Part shown: piece by piece, positions 13,604-28,368 of the stretch
Numbering within the stretch: the stretch's first letter is position 1
Layout of the letters: each line of letters opens with the position of its first letter
Source of the DNA: the human T2T-CHM13v2.0 reference genome, Homo sapiens
DNA: 64,000 bases
NCBI RefSeq assembly: GCF_009914755.1
Contig: NC_060931.1
Strand: one strand, 5' to 3'
Notes under the pieces: generated by a model
Told to the model about the DNA's origin: nothing
Databases searched by the model: none
What the model saw: only the letters and a program-made list of their open reading frames with translations
Position numbers and translations under genes: made by a program

Positions 13604-15269
13604 CTAGAAGTTCCAAATGATATCTGTGGACCTCAGTTTTCTCATGTGTGAAATGCAAATGGAGTTGATAATTATAGAACTCGAGTGAGTTCATTTATGT
13701 GTAGCATCATGCCTGGAACAAAGCAAGCACTATATAAACATCGGCTTCTGCTTTTATTACTAAAATTAACATTGTCAATGCCTGTGATGAGTGAGGTTTT
13801 GGTGGGTTTCAACAAACTTGTCCACTGAAGTGGAGGGGTAATTCGTCAGGATAGTACAATATAGGATACCTGTGAGGGGCCACCCCTGATTCCATACTGC
13901 TCCACTGGCCTTCTCTATCCACCGCGGCCTCCTTTTTGTAGCTCGGTGGCCCTGCTTATGCCACAGTGGCCTCTCCTTACTGCCTGCCCTCCTACTTTTC
14001 CAGCCTCTCCTCTGGTTTCGCACAGCCTAAAGTCCATGAAGTCCATGGATTCTGCAGTTTCTACCAGAGCACTTCAGAGGGCAACTATGGAGAAATGCTG
14101 GCTGGCAGGGTGAAGCCTGCTGATGCCCTTGCTGGTGTCTGACCAGGGGCAAATAAGAAAGACACCAGTGTGTGGGAGCCATGGAGGTGTAATTGGCTAT
14201 AGACAGGGCCTTCCAGGCCTGGGTGTGTGGTATAGCAGGAACAAGGGGAGCTTTCTGGATCCCTGCTGGGTGGGTTAGTGGGAGGAAAGACTGGCAAAAG
14301 CAATACCAATGATGTGGGGCTTTTGGGATCTGACAGGCCTGAGCACCAATCAACTATTATAGGTCCTGGTGTTTTCCAAAGAGAGGTGAGTCTAAGGAAT
14401 GTCAGAGGTAAGATGCGCACTCATTGCAGATTTTGAGTGTTGACAATGAAATTTGGATAAAACTAATTTGGGTTTGAAGGATGATGTGTGGGGTGGAGGG
14501 AGAAGCACAGAGAAGAATATGAATACAAATTTAATGGAGACTTCAAGAAAGGCATGCCTTTGGACAGTGGCCATGGATTCTGGTGGTGTGTCTCATGATG
14601 ATGATATATTATTTTAATTCTCAAAATGCTATGAAGTTGTACAACTGTAGAATTCTCTTGGTGGTCTAATAACATTTGCTCAGATTTAGAGATTGTAGGA
14701 GGTTATTGTGACATATATGCCTATGTCCAGATCATTTTGTGAGGGAATTAGTTTAGGGAGAGTCTAATGCTACATACATAACCTGAACATACAATGACAA
14801 ATTATTTTGAACCTGAAGTTGACTACTAGTTTTCTAACAGATAAACACCAACCATTTGTCAACTGTTTTTACAGAACAGAATAAGATCTTCTGCACTATG
14901 GATTTTTATTGTCCTGCTATACCACACGCTCAGGCCTGGCATATTAACGTCTACATGCCAGAACTGCTCTAAATTATTTGATGTATTAATTTATTTAATT
15001 TTCAATACATATTTCAACTTCACAGTTGAGAAAACTGAGGCTCAGGGATCTTAAATGACTTGCCTGAGGTCACACAGGAAGTGAGCAGCAGATCCAAGAG
15101 TTGTACTCAGGTCTGGCACCAGAGCCCTCATGCTGAAACATGTCAGTATGCTGCCCTCAACTGCGAAGCTCAGAAGGCATTGGGAGATGCACCATGGGGT
15201 GGTCTTCGACCTTTTCACACAATGTTGAAAGAAAGTTTTGTGAGACTGTAAAGTCCCATCTCTTTTTGA

Positions 15270-15676
<407 letters not shown>

Positions 15677-17093
15677 AACAGTGGGCAGTCTTTCAGCTCA
15701 AACATGGTTTCTAATTTTTCAACCAATATATTATCAAGTCCTTGGTAATTTAAGGATTATTATTACCAATACTATTTTAAACAGAAATGTTTTTCTGAGA
15801 TCAACTGACTTCAAGGAATGAATGTTTGGATACAAATATGGAGTAAAAGAGAGAGAGCTTTTTGGACCTGCTAGTGACTGTGCCACCAGTTGTAATTTGT
15901 TGGAAAGATTTAATATTCTATTATAATTTTTTAACATATTATTTTATATGTATTTTTCATACTTAATTTTTTTAAAAACTTAGCATCAACATTTTACAAT
16001 TAGTGTTCTCTAGTTAGTTTCATGAGCTTCAGAGAGTTTATGAAGTCACTTACATTCACAGAATATAATCTAATCAAACTCCCTGGAAATGTAGAATGGG
16101 CAGATATTGCTTTCAGAGTTTTCAAGCCAAAATACCTGGGAATTTTTTTTTTTCATTTTTTTTCTCTTTCAGAATGTAAAATTAGTTTTCTAATCTGGGG
16201 GGTTTGTGTTATTCTTTCTCCTTCCCTCTCTTACTTGCTCCCTTGCCTCTTTCCTGTACTTTCTTCTTCTCTTGTTCCTTGTTTGTTTAGCTAATAATTT
16301 TAAGTATAAGCATTATCCAAATCATTCATCTGTAAATTCCCTTTTTTATGAGATGAGTCAGTGAAGAATTTAGGACTTGTTTTCTGTTTCCCTGCTCCCA
16401 TTCGCCTTCTCTTATGATGAGTTTCCTTAATTTGACTTCTTTCCTCATGTAAAGTTTTAGCTTTTCAAAAAGTCACTTGCAGATTTACTTTCTCTAAAGG
16501 CCTTTTCAAATTTATTCACCAAATCATCTTTTCCTCCTTTGACTATGTCATATCATATTTTACTTACCTTCATTCTTCCCTTATCCAATTGTGTAATATG
16601 GTCATCCGTTTACTTAATTCTTCTAAAAGATTCAAAGGTGTTTAGAGAAGAAATTGTTTCCTTAAACATCTTTTAATTGCTGCAGCCCCTTTGCATAATA
16701 TGTTTAACCTAGTCAGTGCCCAAGAGATATTTGTTGAAGTCTGTCACACAAAATAAAATAAGAAATTGGTTTCATCCAGAAAATTCAACTCGCTTTCCCA
16801 CAGTTACATCATTCAGGTTGCTGGCTTACTTGGAATCTAAAATTGCTGGAATAATATGCACAGCAGCAACCTGGGGCCCAAAGCACCACAAATTGGAATA
16901 ATTTGGTTCTTAATTGCCTATAATTCAGTCCCTAATTACTCCCTGACAAAAGGTAGGGTGTCTGGCCTCATATCCCTAGTGGATATATTCAGTGGGGTAG
17001 ATGGATTGTTGAGCTGCTGGAGGAGTTCATTTAAGAGACAAAATCTGTCCAAAATGGCAGTAAGAAATGACACTGAACTGAGTGGTTAACGTT

Positions 17094-17099
17094 TTTATT
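17094..17099 (-). terminator. Candidate distal polyadenylation signal AATAAA of DGKB
   Basis: TTTATT on plus strand. About 25-40 nt further along the minus strand lies GTGTCATTTCTT (GU/U-rich). Confidence 0.65.
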
Positions 17100-17411
17100 T
17101 CAAAAAACAGGATATTGTATATATCATTTCTGAGAAAATAATTAAGGTACTATAATTAAGTTCCATGTTTTTAAACACAATAAGGTTATACAGAATCTCT
17201 CAAATGTGAGTTTACTCAAACTTTATTTAAATATAGCAGAATTTAATTGGGAGTTTTAAGTGGTGATTTCTGCCTCTCACAAAATAAAAGCTCTTTTACA
17301 GGGTTTTATTTATTTATTTTCTTAAAGTTTACAGCTTTAATATATGTTACAAGGGTTTAATCTTTTAATAGAGATATTATTCAGTTATTTGAAAAATAAC
17401 GGAGAACATGA

Positions 17412-17787
<376 letters not shown>

Positions 17788-17872
17788 ACATTTTCCTTTT
17801 TATAACCAATGAACAACAAACTAACGTTGACACAAAAAGGAAAAGAATGATCTCAAAATCTTGTCTCATTCA

Positions 17873-17916
17873 AGAATACAGTGTGAGATTCAAGGAGAAT
17901 ACAGTGTGAGATTCAA
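17873..17916. repeat. Perfect 21-bp direct duplication
   Basis: agaatacagtgtgagattcaa at 17873-17893 and 17896-17916, separated by gg. Confidence 0.9.
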
Positions 17917-20900
17917 AACATATTCTTCCCTGAAAAATTGCAACTACTTCCCATATGCCTAAAAAACGAAAACAAAATAAAATGTGGAAACACGTATGTG
18001 ATTCATTAGCCCTCACTGGATTTAAATTTCTGTCTGCAGTAGACTAGGCTAAACATCTGAGCCTTTTGTTTTATTCTGGCTATGATCACATGAACCTGTT
18101 TTAAATAAAATAAAAACTGTTTTAAAATGTTAATTTTTAAACTTCCTGCAAGATATCTCCTTCCACCACAATAAATTGATCAGCATTTTCACATGAAATA
18201 CATGGTGTACACAAGGAAGTGGAAAAAATAAATTTACGTCTTTTAAACTTTCTGGTTCTATGTAGATACCTCCCTTCCTATTTCTTAGAAGCGTGGATAT
18301 CAAGGTTTACTCTGAAATGTCTCTCTGGAATCTCATCAACTCAGTGCCTAGCAATGTTTAGCAGAGTGCATGTCTCTTTTCCCTCTTTGTTTCTGACTGC
18401 TGTTAAGTCCAGCATTAATTTACATTTAAGAGTTTCAGCCACTTAAAACTTTATGTCTCCTATATTAAAAGAGGGCGACTCAATAGCTGAAAATTTATCT
18501 GCACACATAGAAGAGAAGTTTCCATCTTGTAAAGCTAACAACATTCATCATTCAATATTTTAATATACTATAGAATTTTCCTTAAACTATATATTTTTCA
18601 TATGAAGCTGTCATAAAACTGATGAGAATATCTTCTCTGATTTCAAACCCATCAAGTTACGTTTTTAAAAACTACTTTCCAAACCCCAGGGGCAGTATAC
18701 TTGAAGGGGCAAGTACATCAGTGTATTTAGAAAATGAGTTGAGAAAAGTCAAATTGGATTCCTATTTGAACATTTATTATGGGTACCAAAGAATCCATCT
18801 GACTGAAAATGTAACCACTATTAGCACTAATTGTAGTTATACAGCTACACTGAAGTGAAGCTGCATCCCATTATTTCAATCATTGAAATCTTATAAGCAG
18901 GTTGTTTAATTTGTCTCATCCCACTGTCTATCCAACAGCTTTCTACTGTACAGATTGTTAAGAATGATTCACAAACTGTTGCTGCCTTCAAACTATATAC
19001 TATAAAAGGTAGCCAAGACATAATTGTATGTTGTAGCGAACATAAAATAATTTGTGGCTTCAAAATATGTTTTTGACACAAAGCCTGCCTGCCCATTGTA
19101 GAAAATTTTGTCAATTCATGTGAAAATATTTATTACCTGCAACCATAGATACAAAAAATCAATGTGTGTGTTACGTAACATTATGTCAGTAATGTACTTG
19201 TTACTGTTTTGAGATTTCTTTCTTTCTTTTGGTCTGGATTACTCTTCTGCCAAACAACTTTTTTATTTTATACCAGCGCAAGTGATTGCTGTACTAAATT
19301 TGCAATTGTAATCATAATTTTCCTGGGAATGCTAAATTATGTCTTAATTTTATTCAAAAGCTTTTATTTTTAAAGTAATTAAGCTTATTGTTGATTGATA
19401 TTTACCGTCCAATGTTCCAGGAACACTAAAAGAATACACTTTGTACGTAATCTTCCATTATAGCACATTGCTTGAGAGCAGCTATTTGATATAACAGCAT
19501 TCAGTTGAGTTTTCAAACCAAAGAACTAAAATTATAGCAATTTCACTTGAAATCCATAAATCCATGCACAGGATTGTGTTCAACAGAATCACTAAATGCT
19601 ATTTGTTATTCAAAGAAAGATGAATGAATCAATAACAAAATAGAACCGATAAATCATTAGCACTTTAATGCAGAGTGGAGAGAAACTAATAAATCATGCA
19701 GTTCAGGCACTCGTTTTCCTTATGGCATGTTTGAAAACATAAAACATGCAATGATGAGATGCAGGTCAATATGAATGAACAATATTACAAGACTGCTCAG
19801 AAGCATTTCATTTTACATCATAGGCTTAATGAAACACTAAAAGAAAAGTACTGTTCTGTGATTTCTTTAAACAGTCAGAGACTCCAACTATGCCATGAAC
19901 ACCTTCAACAGTGATCTAGGCTGTTGTTTCCAAATAAACATTTGAAATGTCATAAAGATGGGAGTGGAGTAGGTGAGGAGGAGGGAGCTAATTGCATGCA
20001 TGATTCGCTTCCAAGAGCTCAGTATTATTACAGGTACCCATTTATACTAGAAATAAACTGATACAATCATTTACTTCCTTCAAGTGTACTTAACTGATCC
20101 ATGAAAAATTACACCTATATTTATAAATGACTGAAAAAAGCAAGAAATCATCTATTGAGCTTTGATTGTGTTGTCTGGCTTATTGTCTGTCTGTGAAAGG
20201 TGAGAATTTTAATCATAATTAATGGGCAACTCACTCGCTTTCCAGCATTTTAGTCATCACAAAATTAATCACAGGAACCCTAAATTTGCTCCACAATGCT
20301 TAATTAATTATGCATTAACCCATTTCTCTCAAGCATTGTTTTCTGAATCTTTGGTGGGAAACACATTGATTAGGCACATAGTTTAAAACTTCTATTTCGT
20401 TATTGGTGTGGTTATGAATTCTCTCCTAGATTCTCATGCAGAAAGGAACAAGGCTTGCCATATTACCACACTTGACTGTCAAGTAACATGTTTTCACTTA
20501 TTTCTGGAATTAAAAAGAAAACTAAGCAAAATAAAAACCGCGTTCTATTTTTCAGCATGAGAAAACCTTATGCCTGATATTTTTATTTCCACTCAGAAGA
20601 GTTAAGATGTTGAAGAAAAACTATGTATATATAGCAAGGTATTGTAGTCAACTATTTAATAAAATCTTCGAATTAAAAGTTTCTCCTCAAGTCATAGGTC
20701 ACTGATACACTGATTCTAAAAGGGAAACGTATAGCAATCTGCAATTATGATCATTGTAGCGTTACTGATTAGTGCTTCGTAATAATTGGAATCACACTGA
20801 GAATCACGTTTCCCATGGTATTTCCTTTTTCATGTTTCACGGGTTTTTCTCACAGGTTAGTAAAAGGAAATTGGGGAAGAGTTGGGTGGGAGATGTAAAA

Positions 20901-21161
20901 ATCTATGGGAATGCATGCACCAAAAATATGCAGTATCACTTCAGGTAAACTTCTGCTTTCTTCATGCAAAGATGCCTATAAAAACTGAGACAATAAATTT
21001 TCTAATAGCTGAATTTTACATTAGCTTAGTAACAAAAACTGTTAAACCACTTCCATGATTTTGCATGAGCAGGAGACTTGAAATGGTTCAAAGATTTCCA
21101 GCATATGTGTTCCATGGCCCAATTATGCTAATTCAATTTCTAAGAGTGAAACAACACAGGA

Positions 21162-21269
<108 letters not shown>

Positions 21270-21302
21270 CTAGAAAAAAAGAGAGAGAGAGAGAGAGAAA
21301 GA
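21270..21302 (-). promoter_or_regulatory. Polypyrimidine tract/(CT)9 microsatellite and 3' splice site of the DGKB last exon
   Basis: Plus strand reads ctag-A7-(GA)9, directly abutting the exon. Confidence 0.85.
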
Positions 21303-24300
21303 ATAGAGTAATCTCCAGATAGATACAATACCAATTTGTGAGACTCTCTGTTAAGGTTAATAATATTTCATGAGTGACTGAAACACCGCAAGTGTAAAAT
21401 GTAATTTCAGAGTTTCTATTATTTCAAAAATATTTTTAAGGGAGATAGGGATATGTACTTAAATAATATCCCAGTGCTCAGGATAATAATTTTAAAAATT
21501 ATCTGAAGTTGCATTTTAAATAGTATGTTACCTCTAACCTCACTTGTAGCAATATTCCAGAACTGCTTGCTTAGGTTACATGATTATCCAGTATTATTTC
21601 TTGACCATTAGTTACGTATCATTTATTGAAGTCAGGAAAGAAGGCACCATTATAGTTTCCAGAGTCCTAGTTACAGCCCAATATCAAGATGTACTTGGTA
21701 TCAAGGCAAGCCTTATTTATCTTGCTAATCAGATTGTTTCTCTCTTTCAACATGAACTGCAAGGCTTAATTTCAAAACAGTCATTAGAAATGAAAGTTAA
21801 AAGTTAACATGCATAAAAGGTCAGAAATGATGAACTAGCTTTCTAATTTGTTAATTAATTGGTAATATAATAGAATCAAATATTGAAAAGCCTGCTTAAA
21901 ACACTTTGAGAGACTGTTCTAAAGCTACTCGTTTTGATTTCTTTGATATAAAACTACGAATCACCTTAAATGAGACAACCTTAAAGTAGATTACGTCTGC
22001 AATTTTCTCTAATTCGACTCTAAATTAGAGAAGACATTTTATGAATATATGCTATGCTCAAAGCTAATTGAAAGCAATTATCAAAGTGGCATTTTGTCTG
22101 TGACTTTAAGATACATTGTAAGATAATAAATGATTCTCATTATGTAATAAAAAGGTCACATCTTGCCTTTGGGCTAGTGACGCTAAGAGTTTTTCAAAAG
22201 CAATCTGAGACATTTTCTTTAGCGAACTGCGACTAATACAAGAACCATCGCTTATTAAATATCAGTTGTCACCTGCACAGCATTCGCATCAGAGATGAGT
22301 ATTTCTTTCAAAAAGAAGCACCACCTCATTAAAAGCTGCAAAAAATATATCTCTTAAAGTGCATACCTGACATTTTCAAGTTAAAATGAATATCCTTCAC
22401 TTGTCATTCACTAATAGCAATGAAACAAAAAAATGTACATCACGTGGACAGGATCATTAAAATCTGCAGTGGGGCTTTTGGGAAATGGAAATTTACTTCA
22501 CAGTCTAGAAAGACAGAAGTATGTGAAAAACCTTGAAAGAATGAACAACTTTATTTAAGTCTGCTGGAATCAGGTTATTCTGGAAGGATTCAGTGTTCTC
22601 TTTCCTGCAAAAATAAATTGCACCTGTAAAAGGCCACTAAGGCTAACCCAGCCTCAAACTCTATGGATATCTGACTTCATCTTATTTTTGTTATCTTATG
22701 AACTAGGGAATTGATAGTTGGATAGTTAAGACACCAGAATGCACTTAACTATGTAGATTGAAAATGATCTATATCAGATTTTCTCTCAATAAGTCAGCAT
22801 TAGAGTATACTGTACCTTATGTCATTGAGATTTAAACTCCTCTGAAATTCTAGCTGTAGACAGGGTCTAATACTGCATCATTCATCATTTATTCATTTCA
22901 CAAAATTTGTTCAGCCCCTACTATGCTTCAGATACTGTATCAGGAACTTTGAATAAATAGACAATATACAAGCTCTGCCCCCAAGAAATTATAATCTAGC
23001 AGGAAAGATAAATTGAACAAGCACATTGAATGGTGTTACAGATGCTGAAATGGGAGGCTAAGCAGAAAGGCACTATTTTTTAACATTGAAAATGAAAATG
23101 AATCATTTTACGCACAAATGTCATTTTTAAATGAGTACTGGGAAAGCAGTTATCACATATTACTTACATGATAACCTTAGATTCAAACAGAACATTAAGA
23201 GCTAAAGTAAGAAGGTTGAGATTTCGGGTTCATAATTTCTGGACTAAATGCTTTACACGGTATAATAGCATTAGGGCATTTTGGGAAATTAGATCATTAT
23301 TTCCAAATAGTTGTTAAGACTATGAAAGAAATATATCTTCCTAGCCATTTATATATATATGTTAGTATCAATTTATGACAAAGCATAACCAAAATGTCAC
23401 ATAATTATTATCTATAAGACTTAGCTTCTTCTCTGTGTTTTTTTTTGGCGGGGGCATATAAATTTTGTTTATGACTATTCTTATATTAAAAACTTTTTAA
23501 AAAAAAAAATTACATGATTTTATGCCTTTGAAAAAATAGCACAGTATCTCATTCAGTGCTCTTGACACAATGGGACCTTTAATCTATGTGACTAAGTAAA
23601 ACACAAGTTCTAGTTTGCAGTCACTAATCAGAATAATGGCCAGTACTATTTTAAAAATTATATGTAACCTGTCTTCTTGCTTGTTTAATCATTTCTACAG
23701 TCAAAGTACACAACTGTTTCTTTACTCTAACTTTATTTCTGCAAAAAATGAAATCCACATCCTTTTTGTCTGTTGTTTATGGAAACGAGAACCAATTGGT
23801 TGTATTTTCTTCTTTGTTAGGGGAGACCACATGGAGGAAACTAGCATTCAGTAAATGCCTATTATGAATGCTGTCTCTTCACATGCCTTATTTCATTGGA
23901 TATTTACATGTCTTGGTATATTTGGGCAGAAGCAAAATCCTACGAGAGTAATTCCAAGCCACATGGATTGTCGGTGTCACAGTTACAGAAATTCCAGGTG
24001 TAGGCTCTAGGAAGCTGCAGAGACTCAAGTGAACCCTCAGACTCAGGTTGCTCATGTGGGAAAATCCTGGTTACGGGGGGTTAACAGGGCCTGTAATTAT
24101 GACTCTGATGCCTGTTTTGTATACATTGAACATTCTTGCTTTTTTTATTACTCTTAATTTTCTATCCACTAGAGAAATAACAATGAGTAAAAATTTTATC
24201 CCCAAAGAATTTAGAATATATTAAGTTTCAGCAATCTGAGGACATGAACCAAATGGCCTTTGAGTGCCTCCTTCTATTAAGCGTCAGGTAATTACTTCTC

Positions 24301-25719
24301 AGTTATTCCTTGATACATCAAATATTTTGGGGGCACTGGCTGTGAACAAGGCATTTTGCAACATGATTTTGGTTGTTTAGTTTCTAAGAGACTCTGACAT
24401 TATTATTTGAAAGAGGATACTGGGCACTCATAAACAGTGGTGACGGGGCTCCTAGAAACTGCAATGGTTCCATGACGGTAGAAGAGCATTGCTTACAACA
24501 TGCAAGGTAAATTCTATCAGATACAGAATGGTGTCCTCCTATAAAACTCTTCCTTCTCCTTATCATGTACCCTTCTAGAAAAGCAACAGTGGCAGAGAAA
24601 GGTTCTTCCACTGCCCATGACTATTTCTACTTCTGTCTTCCTGTTTCAAATTAAGACTGGCCACTTCAAAAACTATAAATACGAAAAATGTGGGTTCAGT
24701 TTCACTTTTATAATTATTCAATATGAAATAAGGATGCACATATAGAAACCAGTAACAGAATCAAAGATTACAAAGCATAGTCTTCATCTTCTTATTTCTA
24801 TTACATTTTTAAGGTTGCATAGTTTGATAGTTGTGATAGTTCCACCTCATAGTTGTAATGTTAAGAATAACAGCCAGAATAAAAAATAACGTTGATCTGG
24901 CTCTTACTGTGTGCTGAGCATTTTGCTAAGTGTTTTACACACGTTATTCAGGTGCCCCCTATTTCATCCACCTCTTTGAGCTGCCCTCAAAGTCCACTCC
25001 CATAAAACATATTATCAGAGAAGAGTGCAAAACTGAAGTAGAATTTCATAAAAGGGATAGAAGAGGGTATTTGTATCCCACAGCACATAGCAAATAATGT
25101 TTATTCCCCAGATATTTGTGTTCTCTTCAAAGACTTTGTTCAGCCCAACTAAAATCAGAGGGAAGAGAGATGGGTCTTCCCTGATTAGTTTTCCAGACAG
25201 TATTTGGTTCAGCTCGTTGGTGATTTCTTTCTTGCTTCCCTGTCTTCCAGCATCAAATATTTCCAAACCCTTTATTATGAAAAGTAGCATTTCCCTTTCT
25301 TTTGTTATCTGAACAACCGCTCGACATCCTTTCCATAAGCATTTATTGAAGCATTCTGTTAAGTTTAGAACAGAGGTGGATCTATTTTCTTTCAGGAATT
25401 CTTGTACCTGCTATTGAAATTATTTTAAAAATAATTTTACTTTTATAATGTCTAATTTTGGCCTCCTAACAACTCTGGGAGGTAGCTGTCAACACCCTTA
25501 TTTTACACTGAAGGACAAAGAGACTTAAAAGGGTTCTGCTACCTGCATAACATCAGTCAAGTGGGTAAATGCAAGAGCTGGGTTTGATAGTTGACTCTCA
25601 AATCTCCTGGGCCCTCCTTGCTAATTCCTACCTCTGCACCTTTGTGCTAGTTATTGCCCTAGAGAGCATTCCCTCTCTTTTTTGCCAATCAAATTTCTAT
25701 CCCTGTCCTGCCTAGCTTA

Positions 25720-26400
25720 AATCACACATTATTGTAAAATTTCAAAGTGAAGGGATAAAAAGAAGATTCTAAATGTCCTCAGAGAGAAAAAAAAATAGGT
25801 CACTTACAGAAAAATAAAAATCAGCATGGCATCAGGCTTTTCAAAAACATTAGCGCTAGAAGACAATGAAGAAACACCTTCAAACCCCAGAGGAAAAGTT
25901 AATTTTATCTGAGAACTCTATACTTAGTCAATGTATTGATTAACTTCAAGGGTAGAATGAAGACATTTTCAGTCACAAAAGTATCTAGAGAATTTGCCTC
26001 TTATGTACCCTTTAAAACGTATTTGGGGTGTTTTCTAGCAAAGTAAATGAGTGAGCTAAGGAGACGAGTCAAAAAAACAAAGGATTCAACTCAGATCCAG
26101 GATGACAGATTTGCAAGAGAGCTAGACAGAAACCTAAAGAGAAGGGCTTCTGGCATATAAACAAAAGGAGTGTGGATAATAGATAAATTGATATGGTAGA
26201 GTTTTGTCTTTTTTTTTTTTTTTTTTTAAGAAAAATGAGATCTATTGTAAGGATCACTTTGCAGAGAGAAGAAAGAAATTCTGAAGCTTTACAGGAAAGA
26301 AAATGTGATCGTGGGTTAGTACTTGGTTCTGCAGTTGACAATATTTTTATAGTCTCAATGATTATATATTTTTTATTGATTTAAACAAAATTATTATATA
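25720..26400 (+). mobile_element. Ancient L1M/HAL1 ORF1-region fragment
   Basis: aagattctaaa...ggtcacttacag...aatcagcatggcatcag...gctagaagacaatg motifs of the L1 ORF1 3' part. Confidence 0.6.
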
Positions 26401-26977
26401 CTTCTCAGAAGCAGAACAGCTTAATGGCTGCCTAGGCCCACCATTTCCTATCTAGGGACTTTGAGCAAGTTACTACGATTCATTTCCCTCATCAATACTG
26501 TAGAGCTTTTCATATAGTGTCTCACTGGTTTCTTGTAAGGACTAAATGAATCAATGTGCACGAAATGCTTAGACTGTTACCTGGTACAAAAAAAGCACTC
26601 AGTAAATGTTAACTATTAGTAATAGAGTAATAGAGGTAAATACAGTAATGTAAGAGTGTTAGAAACCACCTTTCTATAGCACTAAGTAAGTAGAGTATAC
26701 CTAAAACTAATCCATAAAAAAAAAACAAACAAACAACAAAGCGTATTTCCAGATATGGAGTAAATAATCAGAAGAAATAGTCCAAGAATCAAAGTGGTAG
26801 CATCTAATGAGAAGATCTGTTGACACAGAAAAAAGGACACAGGATGGCTATTTTTCTTGCAAGTCTATACATTCTGCTTTTTTTTTTTTTCGTTACACGT
26901 GCATATACTATTTTGGTACCAACTTCTAAATACTTTTTAAAAATCCCTCTGCAGGTGATTCTCCTGCACTCTAGTGT

Positions 26978-27133
26978 TTTAGTTCTCCAAATGTGATCCA
27001 CAGGCTAGGAACACTGACATCATTGTTAGAAATGCAGACTCCCCGGTCCCACCCCAGATCTTCTGATTCAGATTCTGCTTTCGAACAAGAACGCCAGATG
27101 ATTCCTCTCTGCTTTTAAATTTGAGAAGCCCTA
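26978..27133 (+). mobile_element. MER5A (hAT-Charlie)
   Basis: gttctccaaatgtg...ttgttagaaatgcaga...ccaccccaga...tttgagaagccct. Confidence 0.75.
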
Positions 27134-27599
27134 GCCTATTTGTCATTTTACTTCTCTTCCTAAGTGGCAAGACCAATAAGAATCTGTTGACTGACTGACC
27201 AACTGAATAAATGAATGAATGAAAGTCCCTTTTTCTAGGCCCCCAAAACACATGAAAACAAATATCCTAACTTACTCAACTTTAATTACCTTTATTGTTA
27301 ATGTACTAGGTACCAGCCTACCTTATTTTAGTGTGGAGGATTGCAAGTTGAATAGATACATATGTATTTTTAAACCTAACTGAGGTGCTTGTAGTATAAT
27401 GATGATAGAAGATATGTGATGGTAGGTTGTAATATGCTTTGAGCTAGGGATATTTTCAGGGTACAATAAGATTGAAAAAATATGCCATTTAGATCATGGT
27501 GGAGGGACAGTGGCAGAATTAAAACTGAGTTTTAGTTACATCATCTCTCTGACAGCAGAGATTAGGGGCTGGTGCCATACCAGAGGCATGGAGATCAAA

Positions 27600-28110
27600 T
27601 GGAAGGTTAATTTGATCCAGAAGAGAAGTGAAATAGACTTTAGTCAGGGCAGTGCCAATGGGAACAGAGTGGAGGCAGATTTAAGAGAGATTGAGGAGGC
27701 AGAAGTACAGGATACGATGGGTGAGTGGATGTGTGGGGCACTGGAAAAAGAGGAAGATTTTACTGCAATTTCCATGCTTGTGGTCTTCGTAATGTGTGTA
27801 GTGATGCTTTTTATAGAAAGAGAAGCGTTTTTGGTAGGGGTGAAAACCAGGAAGTTGGTGAACCTACTGTTGAGGGTGACGTTCTGAAGGAGATGCTCAG
27901 TATCTTTTGGGTCTGTGCATGTGGTGTTCGGAAGGGAGAACAGGTCTTGAGATAGATTTGGGTTTGATCATCTTATAACAATGTCAGCAATTGAGACGAA
28001 ATTACTGAAGACCAGTGGGGCATATATGAATAGCAGATGTTAGACTTTGTAACTGGGGAATGCTGCCATTTAAGAGTGCAGCAGGAGAATACAAACAGTC
28101 AGAGAGGTAG
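27600..28110 (-). mobile_element. L2 LINE fragment
   Basis: Purine-rich degenerate L2 motifs (ggcagatttaagagagattgaggagg; gtgagtggatgtgtgggg). Confidence 0.5.
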
Positions 28111-28368
28111 GAGAAAAACTGAAAGAAGTGCTATCATATAAACATTTCCAATCAGTCCTCAGAGTGCCTATTAATTAGGCAGTCTTCCATTAATTAGGGT
28201 GAAACCTTCAAACTACATGAAATAAGGTGAGGCATGCCTCGGTTTGGTACAATGGTCTGTATGTCCGTGATATAAACTGTTAAATTATTTAACTTAATTC
28301 TAAATATAGAATTATTATATTAGAGAGTGATCTACTGAATGATATTTAAGTAGTCATTCATATTGCTT

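Noticed and set aside
13775-14675. Cluster of overlapping minus-strand ORFs in a GC-richer patch
   Set aside because: No recognisable protein similarity or consistent splice signals. Longer ORFs are explained by the lower stop-codon density.
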